From NCBI RefSeq assembly GCF_018350175.1, contig NC_058368.1:29142001-29206000 (forward strand): DNA of 64,000 bases, in the 5' to 3' direction. Origin of the DNA: Felis catus. Its lineage: Eukaryota. The first letter of the stretch is position 1, and the number at the start of each line of letters is the position of its first letter. The position numbers were made by a program, and so were the translations under genes. Of the stretch, positions 12,548-25,123 are shown one piece after another. The notes under the pieces are model-generated. The model was not told the origin of the DNA. It made no database searches and saw nothing but the letters and a program-made list of their open reading frames with translations.

Positions 12548-13245
12548 CTACAAATATCCAAATGAATACAAATTCTAAGTCAGTGTTTCCATGTTCCTCA
12601 CATTCTTCTGCAATACACAGTATGAGTACAGCTTTTACAAGGGAAAAGGGGGAAGAGGCAACGATATGGAGGTTTTTAGGAAGTGCCACCACCTATCACA
12701 CACCTGACACACAAAAGGCAACTGGTAAATACTGCATTGACTAAAATGAACCAATTCTAAAAAAAATAAATAAAAATAAATAATAATAAAATAAAATTAA
12801 CCAATTATGGCCTAGTTCTGCCTCCCAACATGATAACATGACTTTATTTAGGTAAATCACTTCATCTCACTGAGTCTCAATCCCAATCTGCGCATAGTGG
12901 GGGTGATGACACCAGTTATCCTCTTGGAATATATCAAGGACAAGTGAGACAATGCATACACACAGAATTGTGATCTGATCCGAAATATGCCTCCACGTTA
13001 CTATCTCTCAAATATCTGTAGATACTAACATTCTAGTGAATAAAAAGCTGTACAGATATCCTCATTGGCAGTATTATTTTCAATTAACTAGGCACTAGAA
13101 ACTGTAAGAACATGTATTTTTCACAAAGGGGCTCAAAGCTATTTTCACTTACAATTTAAAAAAAGAGAGAAAAAGAACCCAGTCTACAGACATTTCTATT
13201 TTTCCTTAATTGGCCTTACTGAAGATAAAAATAAAAATGACTGCA

Positions 13246-13395
13246 GGGCACCTGGCTGGCTCAGTCAATGGAGCGTGCGACTCTTGATCTCAGGGCTGTG
13301 AGTTCAAGCCCCATGTTGGAAGCAGACATTACTTAAAAAAAAATAAAATCTTAAAAAATTTAAAAAACATAAAAAAATAAAATAAAAATAAAAAT
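13246..13395 (+). mobile_element. Short tRNA-derived Can-SINE (no CT body)
   Basis: gggcacctggctggctcagtc head followed directly by an A-rich tail. Confidence 0.8.
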
Positions 13396-13627
13396 GATCA
13401 CAAGTCATCCAATTAGGGCTATTTAGAATTATTAGCTACAGAGCACGATCCTGCTGACTTTTTCTAAACTCCCCCCATCCCCTGCACTGTTTTGGGGGCA
13501 TACAGGCTACCTGATGCTGTCTTCACATCCATTTGACAAAACGCTTTTGTATGTATTGTTATGCTAAGGACATTCTGAAATTTTGTGTTCTTTTCCACCC
13601 TTTTACATCAAGTTCCTTTTCAGTTAC

Positions 13628-13841
13628 CTGAATTTATTTCTTGCTGTTTGCTCTCACTGGTTAAGGGGTTATCATACAATTTCAAGTATATTTCAATCGC
13701 TGATCTAGCAGCCTTGAAATAGAAGGCATGTCTTCTGAGTATATCTTCTAATCTCAAAAGGTCAACATAGGCACGAAGGGTCATCTTTCTCATGCAGTAT
13801 GTATGGAAGTCAAATTGATCATCGGTTATCTCAAAAAAATG
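13628..13841 (-). CDS. NAA16: NAA16 exon 14 (214 nt): [71 protein letters not shown]
   Basis: ORF 13620..13928; family signature [18 protein letters not shown] / GTAACT. Confidence 0.97.
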
Positions 13842-15532
13842 CTTCAAAAAAAACACAAAATTATCCCTTATATATATGTCAGTAATGTCTATTTTTTGAA
13901 AGAAAATCATAAAAAAACCCAAATACAATGTTCACAGTCACAGTTTCACTTAGTTGCCCCTCTCCACTGTTCAACACTACAAAGAACATCAAATTATTCT
14001 TTGCATTCAACTTAAGTTTCTGTTACTTGGCCATTCCCTGTATCACTTTTTGTGACGACACTCAATTTCTGTGTAATAAGTCAGATAATCAGATTTTTTT
14101 TAACCTTGAAATCAGTACATATTGATAATTTTGTTTTAGTGGAATATTTCTCCTCCATATTCCCCCAAAATGAGCAAGGCAGAGTTAAACGGAGCTCTGA
14201 ATGAAGGTCAAATATACACAGGTTCACATTAAATGTTTACAAATCAGACTGTTCTACTCAACTTCGAGGACAAGCCCTGTCATCTCTATCCCTACTGCAT
14301 GGCACAGGCCTAACATTCAATAAGCACAGTTTTTGCTAACTCAAGAGAAAAAATGCTTATCAGGCATGTGACCTCTTAATTTCCTACAGCTTCAATTATT
14401 TAAATTAGGTAGGAATAAAGAAATCCACATAGCCAATTTCATAAGGTTGTTAAGTGATCAAATAAGATAGTTTAAAAATTTCACTGAACACAGAGCATTC
14501 TAGCTTTTTCTCATTCAATAAACTCCCATTATTCTACCAACATTCCATTTTAGCAATGGTTCCTAAACTAGAGTCTATGTATAAATAAGCATAATAACAT
14601 TGTCCTAAGCAGAGAGTTCAAGGCTTTGATCCAATTCCCAAAGGGTTCATGGCCCGAAAAGTTAAAGAACTAATTCCTTACATGGCAAGGAGATGATTAA
14701 CAATTCAAAACAACTGATACTTTTGTTTTCTTTCCTATATGCCTCTCTGCCTCCATCTTCTTTCTATTCCCCTATTTTAGCTTCTCCAAAAATACACACA
14801 AAAATGAATGATTCAATACATGAATACAAATTAAGCTCTTCTGCTACTTCATCTCCCCTCTGTCCTGGGGGCCTAAGTACTAACTCACTGTGCAGAAGAC
14901 ACATTAGCAACTGTCCACATCATTTCATAATTTTATTTGTGTTGGTAATTAGAAATACACTACACACAGAATGACATTAAGTACCCGAGACTTTAAGGGA
15001 AGAATTCTAAGGTAAGAAGTATAAAAGTACACAGTGTGGAGGGGAAAAAATGGGAAAAAATAAACATTCAACATTAGTTTATAACTTCAAGAATCATGCT
15101 TTAATGTGTTATATTTGAAAATTGCACTCCTCCCATCAATAAGACAAATCAATTCATAAGTATCAACATAAACTTGTTTTTTTATCAAAGGATTACAGGT
15201 TTCATAAAGCTGTTCGTGGTTAATATAAATCAAGTTATGTCTAGCACCAAATCTTAAAATTCAATACAACTGAGGAAAAATGGCAGTGCCCCACATCAAG
15301 GAATACATAATGAGATGATAACATCTAAGAGATTACAGGACCTTTTTTTAAGTTAAGAAACATTTATGTGTAAAAGGCAGACACAAGTTTTAAGAGATAC
15401 TCTAGCAGCTTTAGTAGACGTATATTCTAGGTCAAGTCTTAGAGGGAGCAGTAGAGAACCACAAACATTTAAGCCGCCTCTTTATCAGTAACAGCCCACA
15501 GGCTGCCTCTCTCCAGTTAGTCTTCCATATAT

Positions 15533-15645
15533 AGGGTAACCAACTTATCCTGGCTAGCCTGGGGCTTTCTCAGTTTTTCCAAGGAAAGTCCAGTGTCTTA
15601 AGAATACGCTTTGCCCCGGGCAAACCTGGATGTTGATCACTCTAT
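15533..15645. mobile_element. MER94-like short hAT relic
   Basis: Degenerate termini agggtaacc / gatcactct; ~110 bp. Confidence 0.45.
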
Positions 15646-16027
15646 AGGTAAGCTCATAGTTGTGGACAGGATATGGCCAGAGTTAATTAGAAAAAGTAGG
15701 ATACTAACAAAATAATTTTACTTTGGGAAGAAACGCTATATTGTAGAATCCTTTTAAGAAACAACTAAATAATCTTAGCTTGATTTTCTTTTTTTTTTTT
15801 AATTTTTTATTTTCAACTATAGATACATAAGAAGTTACAAAGGTAGTGCAGAGATACCCTGTACACTGGTCTCTCAATTTCCTCCTAAGAGTTATATCCT
15901 CCATAATTATAGTGTGAGAACAAAATCAAAAACCTGACATTGATACAATGTGGGTATATAGTTCTAATGTGATTTTATCACATGTGTAGATTCGTGTAAC
16001 CACCACCACAATCAAGACACAGAACTA

Positions 16028-16247
16028 GGGGCGCCTGGGTGGCACAGTCGGTTAAGCGTCTGACTTCAGCCAGGTCACTATCTCACGGTCTGTGAGTTCG
16101 AGCCCCGCGTCAGGCTCTGGGCTGATGGCTCAGAGCCTGGAGCCTGTTTCCGATTCTGCGTCTCCCTCTCTCTCTGCCCCTCCCCCGTTCATGCTCTGTC
16201 TCTCTCTGTCCCAAAAATAAATAAAAACGTTGAAAAAAAAAAATTTA
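16028..16247 (+). mobile_element. Young Can-SINE inserted in an old L1 3' fragment (~15790-16295)
   Basis: TSD aagacacagaacta at 16014-16027 and 16248-16261. Confidence 0.92.
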
Positions 16248-19200
16248 AAGACACAGAACTATTCCATCCCCACAAAGATCTCCCTTACACTATCTTGGGG
16301 TGATTTTTAAGTCTCTAGATTGATAAAACATAAAAATAAGCTAGATGACACAAACAGGTGAAGTTGGCCTCCCCATACTTCAGCATAATACGGTCACTTA
16401 TCAGCTTCCTGCAGAAACCAGGTAACCAAATTTTAATAAACAGCTCACACTCTTAACTCCATCTTCCCCTCATCATAAATTACTAGTTCTTTGGTGGGGG
16501 GGGGGGGCAGGAATTGCTTAATTTGTCAAAATTAGGCTTGAATCAAAATAAGATGAGTCAGTAGAGAATAAAGAAATGCTATTTGTGGCCTAAGAGCACG
16601 GTTTCCTTTAGCAATTCCGTATTTGTCCCTCTCTTTTTACCCAGATTCCCCCACCCCCTTACTTCTCGGCAACCCTGGAGGAGCCCAACAAAAGGCCATA
16701 TACAGAAAGGCAACAAAAATCTCTGATTTGAAAAATAATAATAATTAGATGAACTAGGGTAGTAAGCAACTCTACCCCCATTATAGAAAATCCGTTATTA
16801 TAAAGCACACATCAACTAGATAAAGGTTAAGATACGCTAGAAGATAAAGTTATGAACTGCCTATGGTTCTGATCTATCAGAAATCCTAGATCTTATCATA
16901 AAGTTTTAGAAATATGTATTACTGATCCATTTCAGACATAAATCAGCATACTAAAATGAGAAACTAATCCCTGGGAAAAAAGAAAAGAAAGAAGTCTTGA
17001 AATATAAAATTATTATGAACACATGTTTATATCTAGTATCTTTAAAGATGGTTGTTTTGTTTTATTTTTAATAAACCTCAATGTCTAAACATCAGATTAG
17101 GCTGGACTTCATAACCTTTACAAATAATCCTAAAATCCTATGAGGGCTGCAAGATGAAAGCAAAAAAAAAAAAAAAAAAAATACTATCCTGGGCCATTCT
17201 AGAATTCTAACATTACAAATGCAATTAACTAAAAGCTTACAGCAATATATGTCATGGCTGAAACTGCCTTCAAGGGGAGAATTCTTGAGTAAGTTCTTGA
17301 AGGCAGAAGAAAGGCCTAGACCTTATTTGAACTTACATCCGTATTCACTGAAGGTGAAGGTTAACTGCAAAGTTTTACTTTTGAAAGGTCATCATTTCTT
17401 TACTAAAATATTTAAAATCCAGGCACAAAAGTAGGTCATGAAGATATTTATCATAATAAATCATTGAATTCTGTAATTACCCTTAAATCCTAACAAATTA
17501 TATCATTAAGAATTCTTTCAGATTATGTTAATTTTATTAGAAATGAAATTAATAGCATTAATAATTTAGTATTAATCAGCAAATATTTAATCACCCTATT
17601 TATACTAAGCACTCACATTTCTACATACACTAGAAGAGTTAAGTCTTACTTTTACTATGAATAACTCACTATAAAAGACTAGCTCACAAATGGCATAAGA
17701 ATAGGCTCTTCCCTCACTTATCTGTGTCTGGTTCTTTCTGTCCTCAAGCACTAACAAATCCAAAACAGAAACAGTAAAGTTTCTAGAAATGATTATATAA
17801 CATGACCAGAGGGTGACAATTTCTGCCTATTTTAATCTCTGATAGCCAATGGTTTTCTATTTTTTTTTCTTCAAAAATGCTTTTTACCAGTCAAATCCTA
17901 TTTCTTGAACGAGAGACACAGTTTATCTGACATTACAGACTTTTATTTCATGTTACTCAGACAAAAGTCACTAAAAATTTAAGGGAGAGCATAATCTAAA
18001 TGAAACTTAGTAATGGAAGAGCTATTAATCATATTCTAACAATTCTCAAGAAATACCACCAAGAGAACTATTGATAGTCATGAATATTAGCAGGGGTGGG
18101 GCTGAAGCTGGAGACACTCATAGTTATAATGACCCTAAGGATGTACAAATTTCACTTTCACAGAAAATCTGGTAAATATCTAGTCATGCCCTTGCTGGAA
18201 TTACTGATCCATAAGTGCCTAGTAGCTTCTTCATTCAGGAAACAATCTATTGCTCCCTGAGAATGTCCTGGGTAATAAGCATGTATCTTTCCTTCCTAAC
18301 AAGAATGCTTTTAAAGTGCTGGTAATTTAAGGAATGTTGAAACAAACTGGTGATCTATGGTTTTATCACAGAAGTAAGAGCCGGGTTTAAATCAGAATGC
18401 TTGGATATTGCCTAAGTATTTCGCATATCATCTGAGGGCTTTATATTTTTCAAGGAGAAGATACGGATTTTCCCCCAGAGATATAGCAAGCAAGCCCAGG
18501 CTCAAAAAAGAAAAAAAGCAAAGAAACCAAACAAAAACAAAAAACTAGGTTATTTCCAAAAGGGATCAGGTATAATCCTAGTTCCAGTTCCCAGCAAAAG
18601 CCACCCCCTAAGATTTAGGCTTTCTTTTGGGTAACCTTGGAAGTTTCACATGGGGAAAAAGGCCAAAGTGACTGCTAGAGTGCAGACATCAGGCTCACCT
18701 GACTACGACGCCTGTGGTTTTATACTGCGTCAGCATGGGAACAGTGCTGCCGATTGACCCCACAACTGAGGGCTGCTGAGGACTGCCTCAGGGGTGCTTT
18801 TGTGGCTCTTTTCCTCCTGTTGTCCATTTGGAAGGAGAGTGCTTCAGAGATGACAAAGAACAGGAAAACAAAATTCACACAAAGGAAAAGAAAAGTCCCC
18901 TCACTAGGACATATCACACATAATCCTAAAAGCAAGTAATAAAATAAGCCTGCAAACCAGCCACAGATTGCTGTACAAAGTATCGGACGTGAGAACAAGT
19001 ATCCTGGGAAGACAAACTGGAGAGAGGCTGGCTCCAGAGCAGATCCTGACGTAAAGGGGAAAGAGGTGGCCATCAGCTTGTGTGTCCTTCTGGGCTAGTG
19101 AGGAGATCAAATAATGGCCGGATTAGGAAACACAAATTTTGAATATATGTTAATAATAACAGTAATGGCTTGATAAATTCATCTTTTCCTTCTTCCCTCA

Positions 19201-19419
19201 GACCAAATTACGCAGACCTGTCTCAATCATAACCATTTGAGGATCAAAACAAAGCAATCACTTATTCACAACTTCTGAATGTGTGAAAAGCTAAAGACCA
19301 AGGATGTTTTTCACAGTGAAGTTTCCAAAGCAGAACAGGTAGATGATCCCATGTAGAAATCAACCCGCTTTTTTCGTCACCTTACAGGAGAAAAGTAAAG
19401 TCAAAGTTCTACAACTTAC

Positions 19420-19548
19420 CCTTTCTACTTCATGGCATTTTTTCAAGGCATCCCCATATCTCCCCAAACGCTGGTAAGCTGAAATGCATTCTGTCTGAAA
19501 CCACATGCATTGCATCTCATTTAGATTTTCCATAGCAGATGTTCCTTC
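19420..19548 (-). CDS. NAA16: NAA16 exon 13 (129 nt): [43 protein letters not shown]
   Basis: ORF 19360..19563; TTTCAG / GTAAGT. Confidence 0.96.
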
Positions 19549-20120
19549 CTGAAACAGAAGCATTCATAAATATAGGACACAAACAACAAAAGAGATCCTA
19601 AAGACCTCATTTTCTCTTTTACAACTGTGGCTACAAGTATCATTATGACAATACATAGCAATAGACAAATAGCTCAAGGTTCTTCCAAAGGCTCCTACTG
19701 ATGTGAAATTACATAATGTCTTATTTACCCAGCTCTGTTGGGGTATTCAACACCCTACCCAGAAAAGACTCCAGATTGCTGAAACTAAGTTTTGAACACT
19801 TTCATTTAAAATACTTATTTATTTAAATACTTAAAATATTTAACAGTAATCCTTAGGAAGCACTGCTTATTTTCTTTTTAAGCAACCGCTGCTTAACCTT
19901 TCCTTGCTGACTCGGTCACTGTGATGTACACCCAGTTACTGCTGAATCTGTTAGTTCCAGGGCTCCTTTGGTTTCCTGGTCTCCTCCCTCCACCTCAGGC
20001 TACCAGCTGGCACTATCTTTGTGTCCCTGGGTCTGCTTCTTGTTCCATGCCAACTCCTGCCATTTGCATTAGGCTGACAAAGCCAAATAAGGGAATTTGT
20101 AAAGCATATCTGTTAACTTA

Positions 20121-20332
20121 GGGGCACATGGGTGGCTCAGTCCGTTAAGTGTCAGACTCCTGTTTTGGCTTAGATCATGATCTTGCAGTTGTGAAATTCA
20201 GCTCTGCATGAGACTCTGAGCTTGGCATGGAGCCTACTTAATTCTCTCTCTCCCTCTCCTTCTGCCCCTCCCCTACACATCCTCTGTGTGTCTCTCTCTC
20301 TCTCAAAAAATAAAAATAAAAAATAAATAAAA
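20121..20332 (+). mobile_element. Older Can-SINE
   Basis: Diverged head, body and tail. Confidence 0.8.
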
Positions 20333-21124
20333 AGAATATTTGTTAACTTGGGTTCAATGAGAATTCTGAGAAGAGTGTAAGACCTAAAGTACCTAGTTTC
20401 AATGGAGGGCCACTGGAGTTTTATCACAACTTAGAAGAGTTATTTCAAATATATTTTATGTGACCCCAGGGAAAAATGGCAAAGATACATATTCATCAAT
20501 AATTTCAGTCTTCAGTTCTTTCTCACACCCATTTTTTGTGACCTGTTCCAATTTCAGTATTCTCATTAAAAGTGTAAAAACTGGTTATCTCTCAGTGAAT
20601 GGAATTATGGGTGTATGTTATTTCTTCCTTATGGCTGTATATATTTTCCATCTTTTGGTGACTACATATTTTTATAAGAAATCTACATTATTTTTCATTT
20701 CAAAATCTTTACCAACTAGAACTGTCCAGCTTGCATCAGCAACTCTGTACACAGGTTCTAAAACACTGAAAAATCTGCCAGAAGAAAATATGCACACTTC
20801 ACTCACTTATTAGTGATCAGATAGAATCACTTATAATCAGACATAAACTGGTTATTTGAGGTTAGCAGTCTGCCTCTGCTGGCTCACTCCCTGGGCTATC
20901 CACCACACGTTCTGGGCCCATCTGGCCCAGGAACGAGGGTGGCTGAGCAGACCCAAGTCTCCATCCAGCAGGACAGCTTGTCAAGAGTGCATTACCAGAG
21001 GCAATTCTGACAAGCCAGCTGAAACACGGGGTTTGATGACTCCTCTCCTCAAACAGACAACCACTCCCCTTCTTCTTCATTCTGTAGTGCCTTTTCAAAC
21101 ACATCATGGTTGTCTATGACTTCG

Positions 21125-21128
<4 letters not shown>

Positions 21129-21173
<45 letters not shown>
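21129..21173 (+). repeat. (GT)n microsatellite, about 22 units
   Basis: Read directly. Confidence 0.95.
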
Positions 21174-21175
<2 letters not shown>

Positions 21176-21229
21176 GGCTGGTTTTTAAAATCACTGGACT
21201 TGATCTAGTTAAGAAGTTTTGTATATTCG

Positions 21230-21429
21230 TTTTATTTTTTTTTAATATTTATTATTTGGGGGAGAGCACAAGGTGGGGGAGGGGCAGAGAGGAGGACAGA
21301 GGATCCAAAGCAGGCTCTGCCCTGAGGCTGACAGCAGCGAGGCAGATGTAGGGCTCGAACTCACAAACTATGAAATCATGACCTGAGCCGAAGTCGGATG
21401 CTCAAGAGACTGAGCCACCCAGGAACCCC
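21230..21429 (-). mobile_element. Can-SINE
   Basis: Reverse-complement head and T-rich tail. Confidence 0.8.
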
Positions 21430-22153
21430 TGTATATTCATTTTAATTGCACTTTCCTTCCGATCTCTGCTTTGGCTTCCAGGTGGTACTTTCCTGCACAG
21501 ACACCGCCTGCTTCTGTATCTACTCCTGTACTTCTTACCGTCTCCAAATCTGTGTCGCAGGGCAAAGGGCATCAAAGAGTTTGAACCCCTGCACTATCTA
21601 CTACATGACCCCTTCAGAGCCTCACCCACCTTGCTGCAAAACGTCAAACACATGATTCAGTGGTAGGTGAACATGAACACTAAGACGATTTTGCTCATTT
21701 TAGTTTTCTTCTCCTAATACCCATCACTCTTGCTACTTCTTTCTCTCTTCATTACATCTACCACTTCGCAATCTATTGATCCTGTGGTGTGTGAATTTCT
21801 GAAACACTAGTCACTACAGTTTCTGCTCCTATTACCATTCTAAAACATGGGCTTTAGTGTCAGAGATTGCTAAGCAAGAATCCTGGCTCCAAAAGGAATG
21901 ACTAGCTGAGTGATCTCCAATGGGCACAGTACCTGACTTCTCTAAATATTTTCTAACTATAACATGGGAGTAATGATATCAGAGGACTGATAGGGTTAAA
22001 TGAGATTATGTATATAACATACTTAGCTCAGTGCTTAATAACTGTTAAAGCTACTTTCCATTTCCCCTTACAAATGGTATACAAATTATTAGCATTACTC
22101 TAAATATGAGAAAGGAGAGCTCAGGCAGGTTCAGATGCAAAAGCCATTTTTAT

Positions 22154-22369
22154 GATGAGAGAGAGAGAAGAGATGGTCTATAAGTAGTAGCCTTTAATGA
22201 AAACTTAAATGTCTGTACATACACAGAGCTCTCTCTCTCGCTCGCTCTCTCTCTCGAGGGGAGAGCGAGAGCTGAGAGGGAGAGCGAGAGCTGTGTGTGT
22301 ACGTACAGACATTTAAGTTTTCATTAAACGCTACTACTTATAGACCATCTGTTGTCTCTCTCTCTCATC
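22154..22369. repeat. Long inverted repeat (fold-back palindrome)
   Basis: 22171-22218 pairs with 22303-22350 at 47/48; 22154-22168 pairs with 22355-22369 at 15/15; the centre is CT-rich facing GA-rich. Confidence 0.95.
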
Positions 22370-22398
22370 CTAAATATACAGGACATGTATTTCGTATA

Positions 22399-22639
22399 CA
22401 GTAAAACCTTGGTTTGTAAGTATAGTTCATTCCGGAAACATGCTTGTATTCCAAAGTATTTGTTTATCAAAGCGACTTTCAAGAACCATTGGCTCAGTTG
22501 TGATCATGTGATGTTCAGCATCACGTACCACTCATATTGCAAGACATTGCTCATTTATCAAGTTAAAATTTATTAGAAATGCTCGCTCGTCTTGTGGAAC
22601 ACTCGCAGAACAAATTACTCGTAATCCAAAGTTTTGCTG
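22399..22639. mobile_element. TcMar/Tigger-type MITE
   Basis: TIRs CAGTAAAACCTTGG / CCAAAGTTTTGCTG flanked by TA dinucleotides. Confidence 0.75.
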
Positions 22640-23293
22640 TATGTGATCCATATGTATACATAGGAGATATGTGTATATATGATATATATGACATATTACT
22701 TACCAATACCTACGAATACTTATGCCACTTTGATGGTACAAAATGAGATCTTATTGTTTCTCTAATTACTAATGCAAGCATCTTTTTTGGCCATTCCATT
22801 TTCCACTTGTGTGAGCTAACTATTCACATCCTTTGCCCATGTTTCTCTCATCTTGTCTTTCTCTTATTGAGGTTTAGTGTGTGTGTTTTTGTTTCTATGA
22901 CATTCTTGTAAGTAATTAAGATTTCACAACAAAATTCAAGCTATTCTGTGACTTCTAAATTATAAGCAGTTTTGACAAACACCCAAACACAACCAGAATC
23001 TAGTTAACATTTAAGGAAGGTGGTATGCTGGGGCTGCATGAGGAAAACATTAGTATCACAGGGCACAGGGGTAACTTACTTTCATCCTAAATTACTCACA
23101 AACACCAGCAATAAGGCCCTCCATTGTATACATAATGTGCACTCGGAGGTAAAAGTTATTTATTCCAGGGTATCTTAATTAAAACTTGGAAATTAAACTT
23201 GGAAATGTGGTTTCCTCTTTATGCCTCATGTCACATTCAATGTGTATTAAGGAACTATTTCAGTGAATTCTTTGTGGAGTTCTTTATAAATTC

Positions 23294-23504
23294 TTTTTTT
23301 TTTTAATTTTTATTTTAATGTTTATTTTTGAGAGACAGAGCACAACAAGCAGAGGCAGAGAGAGATGGTGACACAGAATCCGAAGCAGGCTCCAGGCTCT
23401 GAGCTGTCAGCACAGAGCCCAATGTGGGGCTCAAACCCACAAACTGTGAGATCATGACCTGAGCCAAAGTCAGAGGGCCAACTGACTGAGCCATCCAGGC
23501 ACCC
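23294..23504 (-). mobile_element. Can-SINE within an old L1 fragment
   Basis: Canonical structure. Confidence 0.85.
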
Positions 23505-24441
23505 CTATAAAATCTTAGTCCATCATATGGTTTGGAAATACCTTCTCCAATTCTATGGCCTACCGTCTCATTTTGTTTATGGTTATTCCTTGTTATATGT
23601 ACACTTTAATTTTTAATATGGTCAAATATATCAATTTTACCCTTATACTTAAATTTTTTGTTTCTTAACAAATGCTTCCTACCTCAAACTCTAAAGATAA
23701 ATTTTAATACTTTCTTTAATCAACCTGGAATCTATTTGTGTGCAGGAAAAGAATGTCATTTTATTGTTGTCAATTGTGCCAGCAATATCTTTTCATCTCT
23801 GATTCTGAAAGCACCTGTGGCTATATACCAAGTTTCCAAATGCATGTCAATCTGTTTCTGAGCTTACTATTGTGTTCCATTAGTCTACATATATTTTGAA
23901 CCATAAACTTACTATTTTCATAATGAGATAGAAAGTTCATGTGGAAAAAGAGATGTACGGATGGGGAAGGAGGGACAGGAAAGGAACAGATGTTCAGCCC
24001 AACAACTTCAGAGAACTTAAATTCTGAAATGTCAGAAATTATAGCTCGAAGAGGCTGGTTCTACATAGAAAAAACTCTATGAGCAATTCAAAAGAAACTG
24101 AAAAGAGAAATAAAAAGCAGCCACAAATTACTAATGAGACAAAAGAGTTGTGAATTGAATATTACATATAAGCACTGAAGTCTGGTATATTGCTTATTTT
24201 CGTATAATGATACTTTGCTCCTATCATTGTCTTCAACCGTCCCCCACCAGAAGCACACGCATACACACACTGAACCACAGTAAGAAACCATCCTTAGGAC
24301 ACAAGCTGGATGGGATTAATAAAAATAATGACAAAAATGAATTCTTATGAACTTTAGTGGCAAACTTCACAAATCATCATAGAGCTTAAGTTTAACTGTA
24401 CTAACTCAGAAAAGTACACACTCGCATATGGCATTTCTTAC

Positions 24442-24594
24442 CCTTGTGAACTTGGAACACATTTCCTCTGCTTCTTTTATCATGTTTGCTCGAAGCATAT
24501 ATTTTGCACATTTGGAGTTGATGAATCTGTCAGCTGTGTCCAAAGACTGCGCTTCATCCATCCACTTTACAGCTTCTTTGAGATTACCTATATG
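24442..24594 (-). CDS. NAA16: NAA16 exon 12 (153 nt): [51 protein letters not shown]
   Basis: Conserved [15 protein letters not shown] motif; TTAAAG / GTAAGA. Confidence 0.96.
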
Positions 24595-24953
24595 CTTTAA
24601 GAAATGAAAGCATTATTAAAGAAATCACAGTATTTGTTATTAAAAGAATATGGTGAATATAAATAGAAAAAAATTATACAGACAAACTAGAAATCTGGTA
24701 CCATTTCTGTCAAACTTCTCTAGAAATCCTTAGATAAGTTATAATTTACATTTACTAAGAGATGATTCAAGTAATTAACACTGATTATGCACTGCTTATA
24801 CAACTATGTAACATTAAACTCCCTAGGACTATTAGAGTATTAGAAATAGATTATCAGGGTACCACAGAAGTTATTTCTGTATGGAAAAAACTCCAAGGGT
24901 TCTTAAAGTAGCCAAATTCTTCAGCTATTCAAAAAACATGACTAGGATTTTAC

Positions 24954-25123
24954 CTTGTAAATTTTTGCCTTCATATAGAATAATTCTATTAGAGTGGGAG
25001 TACCAGCAATTGCAGCATTAATGTAATCCAAAGCTAAAGAATAATGCCCAAGTTTATCAAAATGCTGTGCCAGGAAATACTGAACCCAGAGAAGTGTTGT
25101 TGGGGGTTCCTTCTCTCCATTTT
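24954..25123 (-). CDS. NAA16: NAA16 exon 11 (170 nt): [57 protein letters not shown]
   Basis: ORF 24942..25133; TTGCAG / GTAAAA. Confidence 0.96.

Noticed and set aside
13246..13330. tRNA-like sequences with A and B boxes (also ~52233, ~5608, ~8500)
   Set aside because: Degenerate, poly(A)-tailed tRNA-derived SINE heads rather than tRNA genes.
18720..19073. 117-aa minus-strand ORF with a hydrophobic stretch
   Set aside because: I recognise no homology, and the Phe/Leu richness comes from the pyrimidine tract. It is better explained as splice-acceptor sequence.
20900..20942. Small GC-rich hairpin (ccacc...ctgggcc / ggcccag...ggtgg)
   Set aside because: Too short and bulged for a pre-miRNA, no snoRNA boxes seen, and compatible with chance.
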